Shown: piece after piece, positions 12,395-26,141 of the stretch | How positions within the stretch are numbered: the first letter of the stretch is position 1 | How the letters are laid out: each line of letters begins with the position of its first letter | Assembly: GCF_009914755.1 (NCBI RefSeq) | Contig: NC_060925.1 | Length of the DNA: 64,000 nucleotides | Origin: the human T2T-CHM13v2.0 reference genome, Homo sapiens | Strand: one strand, 5' to 3' | Notes under the pieces: model-generated | The model's input: the letters and a program-made list of their open reading frames with translations, nothing else | Told to the model about the DNA's origin: nothing | Database searches by the model: none | Position numbers and translations under genes: made by a program

Positions 12395-12955
12395 AAATAC
12401 AGAAAGCCTGTTTAAAGTTCCAGCTCTGCAATTACTAACTGAATGGCCAAGAGCCTGTCTATCAACCTTTACATATCTCATTATACTAACCTGACAAAGA
12501 GGAATACTAGTTCTTGTGGCAGAGACAATGCTTTTTCTTTGTTTTACGATTTATTTTTTACAGGCCCATTGGAAAACAGGATTTTCTAACTTGTTTTGGA
12601 TTTACCTTCAGATCATTTGACTGATTCTGATCAAGAAAACGAAAGCAGAAATGACTAGACTGAGGGAGTTATCATGTGGTCTGCCTCTTTCACTGCACCC
12701 TATCCCTTATCCAGTAGCCTTGTGTTGAGATGGATGGGCTAGCACTAAGATTTGTAATTGGTAACCATTGTCAAGGATTTTAGTCTCTCTGATCTACGCC
12801 TGAAGGTGGATGCATGCTGACTCACATGACACTTTGCTTGAGTGAGAAATAAACTTGTGTTGAATTATGTCGGGTTAATTTATTGTCACAGACAGCTTCT
12901 CTTACCTGACACTTATGATCTCCTATTTCATAGAATCAAGGTGAGAATCTAGTGA
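12395..12955 (+). mobile_element. MIR interrupted by an old MaLR/ERVL LTR (~12516-12910)
   Basis: MIR motif GTTCCAGCTCTGCAATTACTAACTG. LTR starts TGTGGCAGAGAC and has AATAAACTTGTGTT near its end. Confidence 0.5.
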
Positions 12956-13164
12956 AGAGTACCACTTTTTGAGCGTGTAGTATATACCAGATATTATGTT
13001 AAATATTTACATGTATAAACTAATGTAATAGTATAGTGAAAGTATTTTGGAAACTATAACTATTAATTATATGAAAAGATTAATACCTTGTGCTTGTACA
13101 CATTTTCACATTTTCCTGATCTATAGGTTCTTTATAAATGGATTGGAATACAATTTATATATTG

Positions 13165-13410
13165 AGGGCAGTATAGCATGATGTTTAAAGATGTGGGCTT
13201 TAAATCTGAATCTCATCCTTGCCATATACTAGCTCTGTGATTTTGTAAAAGATGCTTAATATCTCTATATCATAATTACTCATCTGTAAAACAGGGTGGA
13301 TAAATGTTCCTACCTAATAGAAATTTTGTGGAGCATAAATTATTTAATGCACGTGAAGTGCTTAGAAAAATACCTCTCATAAACCAATGGTTCAAAAGAG
13401 TTTAACTGTT
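13165..13410 (+). mobile_element. MIR
   Basis: AGGGCAGTATAGCATGATGTTTAAAG...CTCATCTGTAAAACAGGG...GTGAAGTGCTTAGAA. Confidence 0.75.
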
Positions 13411-14234
13411 CCTATTTTTTTACAAGTTCTTCCCAAAATTTAGTAGTCTTTTAGAAAATGAATAGGTGGTAAAGCTAAATGTTTTCTTGTCTCTGTAGTA
13501 AAGAATTTTCCTAGATTATAATGTGACTACTTATGATGTCTATAGTCAAATGTCCTATAATTTATTTTCCATATTTATTTTGTCCCTTTCCTTTTAGCTT
13601 AACTTTTTAAATTAAGAATTTTCCTTGAAAAATAAAGAAGCAACTTCTATTGTTGTATCATGCAGTTGTAGAGATGATGTGAGACCTAGTTGAGCCCAGA
13701 TAAAGATACACATAGATCTGCTGAGTCTGCAGAGGCAGTCGCTCTCAGACATCTATTTGCACAAGTTTCTTTGAATATGGCAGAATATGAAGGTGATGAA
13801 GGCGGAAAATGTGACTTCCTTTCCCAGAGCAATACTTTAACCTAAGTAAATCTGAGCCTTGTAGAGAAAACGACAAGAGGCATAAACTGAAGGAGATGCT
13901 TTTATGAGGGATATTGTAAGAGGAGGAGTATCCATAGTGCTGAGTCAGATGTGCCTTCACTTTTAATTAGGGAACCTCAACATATATGGTCTAATAATTA
14001 ATGCTTTGTTGATAAAGTTGATGTTCCAGAATGAAAAATTTGCTCATTTTATATAAAAAAGTAAAACCCTACTATAAAATATGACTATACATATTTTTGT
14101 TTTGTCGATAATTTTAAGCTTGTTTAAGCTTAAATTTGCTTAAATATCTCGTAAGATGATCTAAACCAAAGAATTTTGAAAATGAAAGTACAACATTTCA
14201 ACAAAAAGGAATAGTCAATCTTTACTAAATTCAT

Positions 14235-15040
14235 CAAGCAATTCATTCAGTTGTTTGTTCATTCATGCATTCAACAATTATTTATTGAGAAACTACCATA
14301 TGCCAGGCATTGCGCTAGACCCTGGGCGTCCACTGGAGAGCAACATAGACATTGTCTCTGTCCCGTGAAGCTTAGTCTAATGAAAGACACATAGAATAAG
14401 CAAGTAAATATGTAATTGTGAGGCAAAAGGTATTACGAAGAAAATTCAAAAATATTATGAATAAAACTCTGACAAAGAATATAATGAGAACAATTACTTC
14501 GGGTGATCAGAGGGAGCCTCTCTAAGGAAAAGTCATTTAAACTGAGACCTGAAAGTGAAAAGAAGCCAACCCTACAGAGTCTGGTAAAGAGCCTTCTAGG
14601 CACAGGGACGTTCACCTGCAAATCTTTCAGCAATGTTTCATGCACAGAATGGTAGGCAGTGAAAGAAAGTGGTATTAGCCAGGCTAAACACAGAATCCTA
14701 TAGCTTATGGTAAGGAGTTGAACTTTTTCTTTAACACATTGGGAAGACATTGACGTGTTTTGCGTAAACATGAATTGATTTGTCTTTAGAATAAATCAGA
14801 CTGGCTGTTTATTTAAAAGGTTTGACAGCTGGAAGACAGCTGGAAGACATGTGAAAGTTGTTGCTATAATACAGGGGCTTGGGCCAGGGTTGCAGCGACA
14901 GACAGAGAGAGAAGTTCACACTTTGGAGAGTTATCTAGAAGGTAAAGTCAACAGGATTTAGTGATTGATTTGATTTAGGGACAGAAAGCATAGTGAGAGA
15001 AAAGAATGCCTAAGATGATTTCCAGGGATAGTGGGAATAG
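14235..15040 (-). mobile_element. L2
   Basis: CATTCAACAATTATTTATTGAGAAACTACCATATGCCAGGCATTGCGCTAG followed by a purine-rich L2 body. Confidence 0.75.
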
Positions 15041-16149
15041 ATACGGTGCCCCTGGACAAATGGCATAACCATGCACGGAGATGAACAAGACAGAGGGGGG
15101 ACAGCAGTGAAGGAAAGGTTCTCTCTGTCAGTTCCAGCTTCTTTCAAGTTTCTAGATATTTATAGATTCACTCTAGAACTTTAATATCATTGCTTCCTTA
15201 ACTGGGGATTATATGGGAGTGAGGGAGGCACATCTAGAAAATTACAGAGAGAATTTGGGAGAGCAAATTTCTACTTTTTTCATTAACTTGCTCTAGCCTA
15301 TATTGCATCTGTAGGAATTAGAACTATTAAGTCCTGGGAGATGGGATGTGGGAGTGTGGGTAGAAAGTAATAGAAAATTAGTGGCATAAAAAAAAAAGCC
15401 TGCAAAAAAATTAAAGGTTGGGTTATTGAGAAATTTAAATTGATGAATAAAATATTTAAATTCAAGTTTCATATACTTCATTAAGGCTTACTGTTTCCAA
15501 AAATATTTCTAAAAATAAAAATTTCCATGTCTCACTGAGCTGAAATAGTGTGTTTTTCTAGCCTTTCATGCTCAATAGCTTAGGCAACTCCATTATTTTG
15601 TAGAACTCTAAGTGTGTTTTCATTAATGAATATGTGTTTTCATTAATGATTATAGAAGTAAATAAAGCAAATGAGAAAATACTTCAAGTAGTTAATTCAA
15701 CTGCAATTTCTATAGATCAAAGTTTCAAAAGTATATATGCAATACATTTAGTTAACTTGATGCTTAATTTCATGAAATTTCCCTAAAATTACACAGGTTA
15801 AATTAAATGTTAGAAAATTTAACTAAAATGTAAAGTAATAGTAAAAGCCTTTTGTTTGAGGGTTAGGAATGAGGTTATTGAATAGTAACATGTTGCAGTT
15901 TTAATCTCTCTGAATGTGTTTCTGCATCTATAAAATATTAATAATATTCTTATCTCAGAGTTGTAAGAGATAAAACAGATAATGTATGTAAAATGCAGGT
16001 CTAGTGTTTGGCATCATTGGTTGCTCTAAAGAAAATAAAGTATATGTATGTGGAACTACATACATAGTAAAAGCAAGTTATAATACATCGTATAATGGAA
16101 GATCAAACATGTTATATTATTAGTTAGCCAGCAAATATCTTTTGGAGTC

Positions 16150-16850
16150 CAGAGAGTGAAAGAACAAATTGAAAGTGTGAGTGTTGATAACTTACTGAGA
16201 GATTTTGCTGTAAAGAGGGGCAGAAGAAGAAAATAGTAGCTGGAAAAAGATGTGGGGTAAAGAAAGGCTTTTTCTTAAGATGGGAGATATCGTGGCATGT
16301 CTTTGTGCTGGTAAAAAAATTATCTACAAAGGGGAAAAATAATGATAGAAGAGAGAAAGAACCAATTACAGGAGAGTATCTTAGAATAAGTGAGAAAAAT
16401 ATAACTCTATGCACAAAGGTATGGTTTGTTCTTAGATAGAAGTACAATCAATTTGTCATTATCCTAGGAAAGAAGACGAGTTATATGAGTATAGATGTAC
16501 ATAATTTGGTAAATTTGGTAATAAGAGCATGGGGACATTGTATTCTTTTTCCTTATATTTTCTCAATGACATAAGAATCAAGGACATCTTGTATGGATGA
16601 GGGTATTGGAGTTTTATGAGAGAGGAGAAAATGTGAAATATTTACCTAGGAGATTGAGAAAGTGAACTAGCTGAGGAGATGTGGTAGAATTACTTGCACC
16701 TTAAGGTCTGTGTTTATTAATTTTAAATTACAATGGTTATTGTGACTTTTTTCCTCTAGCCATGTTTAGCTGCTTGGGGCAGGAAAGGAAAAGGAAAAAA
16801 ATGAATTTAACCAGGGTTGATGTTTTGATAAGTTATTACAGTGGAGAGAT
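16150..16850 (-). mobile_element. L2 fragment
   Basis: GATTTTGCTGTAAAGAGGGGCAGAAGAAGAAAATAGTAGCTGG...AAGATGGGAGATAT, typical L2a body. Confidence 0.55.
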
Positions 16851-17573
16851 ACTAATTCCAAATGGAGAAATCAAAGATTTGTATAGAGCTTGAATGGCCA
16901 AGATATTTGGATGGTCTTTCCAAATAGAAGGACAGTTTTGGAAAACTAAAAGTCTAAGTGAGTCAAGGAATCATGGAGATCATCAAATAGATGGGTCTAA
17001 TTAGCCTCTACATTATGTATATCCTAAATATTTTAATGGAGTGAGCAGGGGTGGGAGGTGATGAAAAAGAGGAAGGGAGGAAAGCTCTACCTATTGGAAG
17101 GGACCAAATATTGGTGACTTTTTACTGATGTCTTTTGTTAACACACACACAAAAATTGTGAACTTTGAATTTGACAAAATATCCTATTGGATGCATCCTT
17201 TTTACCCACACAACTAAGACATTTTTCTGGGTTTGAAAATGTACACCAAATTTAAGAACTAAAGTGAAAAAATTTTTAAAAAGAAACAAACAAAAAAATG
17301 TTGTCGTTTGGACCAGATTTTAACTTTTAAAATTCCCTGAAGGTAATAACATAAATCAGTAAAAAATGAGATTGATCAGGCAACCATGTGATCAAACATG
17401 CATTATAGTATGTTAACCTTTTTTCTATTTCATGTTTGAAAGTAAGTCATTGTTATGCCTTCTCTATTTGATATTTTGGTGGACAAAAAATACCAGCTTA
17501 TGCCTTGTAATAAACCAAATGTTATTTCCCTGTACTTCTCTTCTTTTTAAAATTGTATTTAATTTTAAATGTA

Positions 17574-17691
17574 TTTTAGAGACAAGGTCTTGCTATGTTA
17601 CTCAGAATAGATTTGAACTCCTGGGCTAAAGTGATGCTCCCGCCTCAGCCTCGAGAATAGCTGGCACTACAGGTACACCACCATGCCCTGC
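17574..17691 (-). mobile_element. FLAM (free Alu monomer)
   Basis: GAGACAAGGTCTTGCTATGTT...GAACTCCTGGGCTAAAGTGAT...CAGCCTC...ACTACAGG. Confidence 0.8.
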
Positions 17692-18799
17692 TAGGGATTC
17701 ATCTCTTTGTGCCCCACCCACCACACTCACCCCATTCCACCAGTGTGATCAAATGAATATAGAAAACAAAAGGTTTTACCCTTAAATTTTTGAAACTCCT
17801 GTAATGTTCATATCCTGAAATGATTCAACAGAGAAAAATCATTTATTTTTTTATTTATTGGGATCTATAACCCCTTTAAAAAGATTAATAATGCTCTCAA
17901 GTACAGAAGATTAAATGATCAGGATATCACTTGATGCCCTCCAATTTTTTTAATTCTAAAATTTTATAACTCTGTGTAATTAAATCAGTGTAATCAATAA
18001 TACATGAATAAGCTACCATTAATAGCCTCATTTTTATTTCCTTTGCATAGTATTTTTTCTATTAGATGCATAATGCATAATTTCTTTGTCATTAAGTTGA
18101 AACATAATTTAAATTGTATTTCTTTATAAATGATTTTCTCCAAATAATTCTTCTAAATCATGGAAAGAATGTCCTGGCTAATGTAGAAAAGAATTATTGT
18201 AAAAAAATCTCCACATTGTTAGTGTAATAGCATAGTAATATACAATTTAGCAGGAATATATGTTTAGTGTTTAAATGTTTGTTCTTTTATTTTTTAAGAG
18301 AAATCTAAGACATATAGAGTACATACCATAAATTATTTCTGTTGAAAATTCATTTTGTTATCTTACTTAATCCTTGTAACATCAATATGAGAGAAGTGTT
18401 ACTATCTCAACATTATCTATGAAGAAGATTTGCCTCAGAAACACAAAATATTTTCACAATATTGCATAGAATATAAATCCTTGAGCAAATAATTAGATAC
18501 ATAGATACATAAAATAATGCCTACATAAATTATTGCCAATTCAAAATTTGTGGAAATATTTTTTAAATAAGTGATTTTACATCTTAAAAGTATATATCAT
18601 AAACTGTAGCTAAATATTTACCATTTATTTATGGAGTATATTATAAAGTGACTTTCTGCATCAGAGACTTAAGTACCTGGATTTCAGGGTCCCTTATATG
18701 GAAGAGTCTATTATCTCTGTTGTTTGTATAATAATTTTGATTTTGGAATCTTACCTTGATTAAGTAAAAGAAATTTATCATTTAAAAAGCTTCCCTGCC

Positions 18800-19352
18800 A
18801 GATGTTTGTGCACTGTATGGAGGTCATAAAGGGAAGCATCAGGGAAGGAAGCTGAGGCCAGGTGGGAGCAGGGGAAGAGGAGACAGCAATCTACACCAGT
18901 GAAGGCAGTAGTCAACTGTATATGAACCATATATGGGATACTGGGAAACTCTTTCTTGAGGAATTTCTGTGCTGATAGTGATTTGCAAGCCTGTAGTGAG
19001 TTATTGCTTGGCTCATTGGCAAGATTTCAAGTCAGAGGAGAGCCAACAGTCCTAAGAGTACACCTGTGAGGTCCGAGAAACAAGCCAGGATTCTGACTGG
19101 ATTGAAAGAAGTCATTTCCAACACCTCCACTGATCCTGTGACATCAGGATCCATAAGAAGCTCTACACATTCTTAGAAACAAGGAGTGCAGATGAAGAGA
19201 AGTGCTTATTTTGACTGAATTCCAATAGAAGGATTTTTTGTTGTTAAGCTAGATTTTAAGACTGCTGGACTTAATCGCCTTCACAGAGGATACAGAGGCA
19301 ATTATGAATTAATTACTTTACTAAAGACTATTTGTGACATAGAAGTCATCAT
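18800..19352 (+). mobile_element. Possible ancient LTR (MamGypLTR-like)
   Basis: Resemblance only: GACTGAATT...GACTGCTGGACTTAA...TAAAGACTATTTGTGAC. Confidence 0.3.
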
Positions 19353-19359
19353 ACTTTTG

Positions 19360-21050
19360 AAATCCTTACTATCTGCTTTAATTTTTAAATTTACTTTATA
19401 TTCTTTGAAGTTTTTTGTTGTTATTCATTTTTAAACTCTTGAGCTGATTGATTTGTTTATACCTTGCTTAATAATGAGGACATCCATGATTAAAATATTT
19501 TCTCTGAGAAATGTTTTTTTTTTCTATCCCATAACTTTAACTCATGAATTTTAGAAAAGTGTGAACCTACACAGAAGTAGAACAGTGTCATGACCCCTCG
19601 TGTGCATCGATTACCCAGTTGGAGCTATATCAATTGATAGCCAATCTTCTTTCCTGTAATAGGTCTCCAGATAGATCTCCCACCATTGGATCATTTTGAA
19701 GTGAGACATTGTATCATTTTATGTAACGATTCTTATCTTCTTATGTAAGTTGTTATGTCTTTTAAATATACTCTACAGCTCTCTCTCTCTCTCTCTGTCT
19801 CTCCCCCTGCCTTTCCTCTCTGTGTCTCTTTCTCTCCCTCCTCCCCTTTTGTATTGAAGAAAAACTTATTCTATTATTCAGTAGCATTTCCCTCAGTACA
19901 GATTCTGATGATTATTTCCTTTTGGTGTCAACTTATTCTATTATTCAATAGCATTTCCCACAGTACAGATTCTGATGATGATTTTGTGTGTGTGTGTCAT
20001 TTGCTAGGTTTTCTCTGTTTCTTATTTCACTGTAAATTGGTTTTTATGTTGAGATGCTTAAGCATATTCATTTCATAGGTAGAGTAATATGCTTTCATCA
20101 AGAGATACATAATATGTTGATTGTGTTTTTACCATATTAGCAGCCATTAATGATTACTGCCTAGATTGTTTACATTAGATTTACATTAGAAGTTGCAGAA
20201 TGGCCATTTGCAATTTTATCATTCTTTATTAGCTGCAAAATTTCCACAAAAGACAAACTTTCACTCATCAATTATTTGATTATTCTGAGATATAGTTCCT
20301 ATGGGAAAAGCAGGTTGATTTATTCCTTTTGCTTATTTTTTTCAAAATATTGAGTTGCTTCCTTAGTGTTTTCATAGGTATCCAAGGAATATTTTGGGGA
20401 GTTGGAGAGGTACTTAACCTTATAGATTCAGGGATTTAATTATATATGATTTGTTTCTATCCAGAGCAGATATTATTATTATTGCTCAAAATGCTCATCT
20501 TTGTCCAGTGGAAACCTCTTCATGTTTACTCCTGAGTCATTCTGATAGGAAATTTGCATACTATGAGAGCTTCCTTACTTTCTGTTATGACAAATGTTCT
20601 AGACTTACATTATGAATTTCCTCACCCAGACCTGAAATTAGTTTTCTTCAGTGAGTCCTGGTCCTAAAAGTGGAAAATGACATTAGGATACCATAATCAC
20701 AGTACTGAGGTAATATCTCATAAGTTTTAATGGAAACTCCTTATCATTGTTTTCTAAATAATCTGCAATTACAACTTTAATTTCTTCTTTGATCTAAAAA
20801 GTATATTTTAAATTTTTTCAGTTTTCTTCAATTATCTATTTTCATTTTTGTTATTGTTTTCTTGAACAAAGAAAACAATTTTTACACATTTTTGCTTTTG
20901 TGGTTTAATGAGTTTCTTATGACCTAACATATTTTAAAATATTTTATCAGCTGTTGAAGAGAATGTATTGTATCTGTTGTAGGATCCTTCAGTTGTTTTA
21001 TATCAGTTAAACAAATTTACACCTATATTATTGAAAGGCTGATTCTTTGC
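19360..21050 (-). mobile_element. Old L1M (L1MC-like) 3' region
   Basis: Antisense L1MC 3' UTR motifs such as GCCAATCTTCTTTC, CCATATTAGCAGCCATTAATGATTACTGCCTAG, CCCAGACCTGAAATTAG. Confidence 0.55.
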
Positions 21051-21059
21051 AGTTTATCT

Positions 21060-21480
21060 ATACACTTATGTGATAGTAAGACCCTAAAATAAAAGTATCT
21101 TAAACAAGTCCAACATTTCTTTCTCTCTGTCTTTCTTTCTTTCTTTCTTTCTGCAGTAACCCCAGAATAAGCAATTCAGGGTTAATATGGAGGTCCTTTC
21201 CTTCAGAAATGCTCTGACATTTCCAAAATGTTGCCTTATCCACATCGAGGAGGGCTCCCCACCATGCTCACATCTCAGCCAGCTATAAGGGGAAAGAGAG
21301 CAAAGTGGTAGACACACTTCTTCCTTTTAGAGGAATGGGCATGGACTAGAAGCCACGTACAAATTCTGCTTATATCATTGGACCAGAACTTGATCACATG
21401 GCCACATTGAGACACAAGGGAGGCTGAGAAAGGGAATCCTTACTTTAGGTAACTCTGTTAAAATATTCTTACCACAAAAG
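21060..21480 (-). mobile_element. MLT1-family LTR
   Basis: TCATTGGACCAGAACTTGATCACATGGCCACA...AAGGGAGGCTGAGAAAG. Confidence 0.6.
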
Positions 21481-22478
21481 AAGATGACAGGAAATATTTG
21501 GAGCAGGGGGGTGAGGAGAAGGGGGAGGTGTCAATTAGCAGCCTCTAATATAACCGAAAAGATGCTTTGTCCTTGAAATTAAAATTTTTCTAACATTTGT
21601 AGAAGGGGTTTGGTCTCTTTCATTAATTTTGGCTTTTGAAACATAATGATTTTCTTTGATATAGATATAGGTTTTATTCTGAATCAGGTAAATTTTCTTC
21701 TGTCTCACATGTACAGTTCTTTTCTTCAGGCTCATTTATTTCTCTAAGATCTGGACCTCTTAAGTTCGGATGACAAGCACCTAAGTGCATAGTTACAAAG
21801 AACATCATTTCTCTCAGTGGAGGGATTCCGGCTGGATGATTTTTATGGGTGAAGAGGGATCTCTAAGTCTTGGTAGAAGCTTTGACTGATGACTTCTGAG
21901 AATCTTCTCAACTTTAGAATTCTCTGACACTATAAAATGTTCATACAATGTTGAGCTTATTTTCTCTTTTGTGTGCTTCATATAGAGCTTATAGACCCTG
22001 TGAAACCTACAAAGTGTTCTAAAAGAAGTCAACGCTGTAATGACCAAATCAAGGTGCAGGTGTATTATTTGCAGGGAAATATTTGCCTGCATAGAGCATT
22101 TGATCTTGACTGAAGTACTTACGAGTCCTCTGGAGCATCATAGGACAAAGTCTCCTGGCCTCCTATCCCTTTTCTTTTCCAAGGTGGTGTCTCATGAACA
22201 CATGTTTGGGTGTCCCTTAGTGTGGAGAGATTTGAATCAGGTATATACTCATTTCTATTTGGTTGTGTCCTTACCATATTCAGACTCTGTGTTGTAAAAC
22301 AAAGCTATAAAAGACTTGTCTGTGTCCTTGTGGATCTTATGGCCTAGATACCATGATCTAGGCATCTGATTAGAAAATTTATCTTGAAAAATGTTTTACC
22401 ACTGATTGCATATGTACTAAAAATAGCTGTGAACCGTAGAAAAGTATTAGTTCTGATAAAGTGTTAAAAGTTAGCTAT

Positions 22479-22620
22479 CACCAGATGTGGTGGCTCATGC
22501 CCGTAATCCCAGCACTTTGGGAGGCTGAGACAAGTGGATTATTTGAGCCCAGGAGTTCTAGACCAGCCTGAGCAATATGGCAAAATTCCATCTCTACCAA
22601 AAAAAAAAAAAAAAAAAAAA
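22479..22620 (+). mobile_element. Alu left monomer (FLAM_C/AluJ-like) with poly-A
   Basis: TSD AAAAGTTAGCTAT at 22466-22478 and 22621-22633. Confidence 0.9.
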
Positions 22621-25600
22621 AAAAGTTAGCTATTGGTGAAGCACAAAAGTAATGTTTACGTAGACCAGTGTTAATGTTAGTTCAGCTTACTGAGGAAGTA
22701 AAGTATCCTAAGATCATCTTGAGTTACTGATTAAAGAGATGAATCACCAATAAATCAGTCTGCAGAATTTTAGAAGAAAATAATACACTATAATTTTTAA
22801 AAGAAGTGGTCTTTATACAGATATGGAATTACAGGGGTATAATAGTTTAACGTCTATCTAACGTATACAGATCACTAGATTTTTCCCTTCACTGTTTTGG
22901 AAAGAAATTATATAACAGTTCCAATGATCTTTCTAAGGAAAAAATCAGAGGCCAATTTTCAAAATTGAGTGAAAGTATTGGTTGCATACATCATGTGATT
23001 TTATTTTTGCAATGTATAAGTGGTTATTTGAGTACTGCTTTGTGAGATTTCGCACAAAAGATATTTATTGAGACATAAAAATGCCCTAGGTCTTAAGGAA
23101 AAACTTAGTAAAGCACTCACAGTCCATGCCCAGTGGGCATGCAACCTAATTAGACTGATAGACCTAATGTAATCCTAGGAACTCACACTACATTAGCAAA
23201 TCAGTTAGTTACATTTTAAAACTGGGCCGACAATGTTAAAATCACATGAGGTTCATTCTGCCTTAATGCAAACTGGGCATCTCTAAAATTGTAAATAACT
23301 TGAGAAAATAAAGACTGCTGACCACAATTTGTATACTACAATGCGGATCCAGACACCATTTCACCTGCCAAAGGATATATCTCTATTATGCTTGTTTGCA
23401 TCAACTGCTCACTCAGCCTCAATCAAAAGCTTTTGCAGCCGCTTGGTGATGGTGGTTCTGCTTTATGGGCTATGACAAGCTCATCTAATCCTATGTACAT
23501 CACTAAGTTAGGTCAGTTCTTAAATGGAAAATCCCAGGGGAGATTAAAGAACTGTTTATAGCACAAGCTGGGAATATAGGATTTGTATCATACCTGACAT
23601 GTACATGTGGCTATCACACCAAACACCAATTGTAATATGGAGAGATAAATCAGCTGCACTGAGTCCTAGGTCAAGTGCTGTTTAAACAACTCTACCTCAA
23701 AGAGGACACAGCCTCAGAGCATGTTCCTTCTGACCTCCTCTTGGAATCTTAGGCAGAATAAGAGCCTTAGATAAAACTCTTAAGTCACTCTTAACTCCCA
23801 CATGCCATGGAAAAGTCTTGGAAAATACCACATGCCCGCAGAGCTGGGTGAATGTGGGGATATAGAGATAGTTGGGAGTCCAGCTATGGTAATTGCCGGA
23901 GTTCCACAGTGGTCTGGCAGGCACTGAGTGATCTAAGAGTCAAGTACAATACCCTGCAGTCACACCCAAGCCCTCTCAGCACCAGTAAGTAAAGGTAAAC
24001 TTGAGTCAGGAGGGGAGGATCTCTGGGCCCTGATCAGATCCAGGAGGATGCAATACATTCCCCAGGCACAAACGTTAGCACGGTACACCAGCAGATAGCG
24101 AGACCTGTGAGTGGAGCAGACTTTTTCTCAACCACTACGGGTTATGTAACCCTCCCCATTTTGCAATTTGAGACCCACTTGGACATACCAGAGGGACAGA
24201 TGGGAACCCTGAAAGATGCAGAATTCACCAAAATAAGATAGTCATCTGTAAAACAAAGTTTAAATTGTTGGATCAATATAAGTTACTGAATTAAACTAAA
24301 TTATATTTTCTCTGCTCTCCAGCATTGTTGGTGAGGGTGGCAGGGAGGTGGTCTTAAAGAAGGATTATATCAGTTATTCCAAGTAAGCCATATTTTCTGT
24401 GGATGTAAATTTATGGCTCTTTTACAAACACAAACACTGATTTAGTGCACAATCAAGTTGCTATGTCTTTGTTACCAATTGCCATGTGGAGTTTATCGAT
24501 GTTAGGACAGTCAAGAGTCAAATATAAAAATCCAACTGTCAAGTCTGAAAAGGTGTCAGGAAACTCTACTATGTTCAAAAATTCCAAAGATCTGAATTTG
24601 ATATTAAATATCTAGGCATATCTGAGGCAGTTTGCTGATCACAAAATAGTCATTCATTAATTATGAGAGCAGTAATTTCTGTTTTGTCTACTAATGTATC
24701 TCCAGAACCTACAATATAATCTGGAATTTAATAAATGCTCAATAAATAACTATTGAATAAGTGACTGAAGAATGAAATATGGATGGTGAAATTATAAATA
24801 CAGAGTTCAGGTTCATATGCTAGCCATGATACATAGTAGTAGGCCAATTATCAACTGGAAGTAAAGTTATCAAAGATTAGATGTCTGGCTACTCATAGCT
24901 GTTTTTCTTCTACTTGTTTTTACTGGGAGGTAAATCCCTGAGTATGGTTTACTGACTTTCTGGTCCTAATTGGTGGTCTAAAAAGATTCCACAGCAAAAC
25001 ATGGGTAAAGCTGTGGCAGTGAGTTGACTCAGGGCTGCAAGTATCCACCTCTGTTGTCCCATGGGTATAAGATAACTTCTCTACATACCTAGACCAGATA
25101 TTACTACCCTTTAAAAAAGGGTAGAGTTCTTCTTCATCATGACATAATCCAGCAGAGAATTTATCTTTGACCTAGTTGTTTTAACTAGTGGTTGAATAAC
25201 CTAAACAAAGTTTCCCACAGAACAGGAAAATGTTGTTGAAAATAACAGAGTGTTCTTGCAAAATTAAAGACTGTGTCTCAAAAAGTGCTGTACATGTTAT
25301 CTTATTTGCAATTCTCTATATTTAAAAACATACAATTTAATGAAAAATATTAACAAAATAGTTACAAAAGCACAGAATAATGGAGAAGTTTATAACAACA
25401 ATGGAAACTAAATGTATAGTCAAGCTAGTTTCAAACTCTTGCAAGAATTTTTAATTGCAAGATCAATGAAACTGAATTGAGGAGCAAATCATGACTTAGA
25501 TTTGCTTTGCCCTCAGAAACAAAATAGATTTTTCAGTGTACACTCCCCCTGTCAGACACATTCTGATTTGTATGTACCAGCAAATGTCCCTGATTTTTAA

Positions 25601-25758
25601 TACATCTTTGGCAAAAGATTAAAAAATGATCCATTTGTTCATCTTTTGGATTATAATGGGACAAATGCACAAATATATATGTAAAAGAATATTCATCTTA
25701 GCATACATTTTAATACTAGAACTAATTTAAATGCTGATTATAGGAAATGGACATATAA

Positions 25759-26141
<383 letters not shown>

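Noticed and set aside
15613-15649. Short tandem duplications here and at ~14824, ~48093 and ~63444
   Set aside because: Ordinary 11-20 bp slippage duplications.
23121-23143. CATGCCC-AGT-GGGCATG palindrome resembling a p53 site
   Set aside because: Both half-sites deviate from RRRCWWGYYY, and a 7-bp stem is expected by chance in 64 kb.
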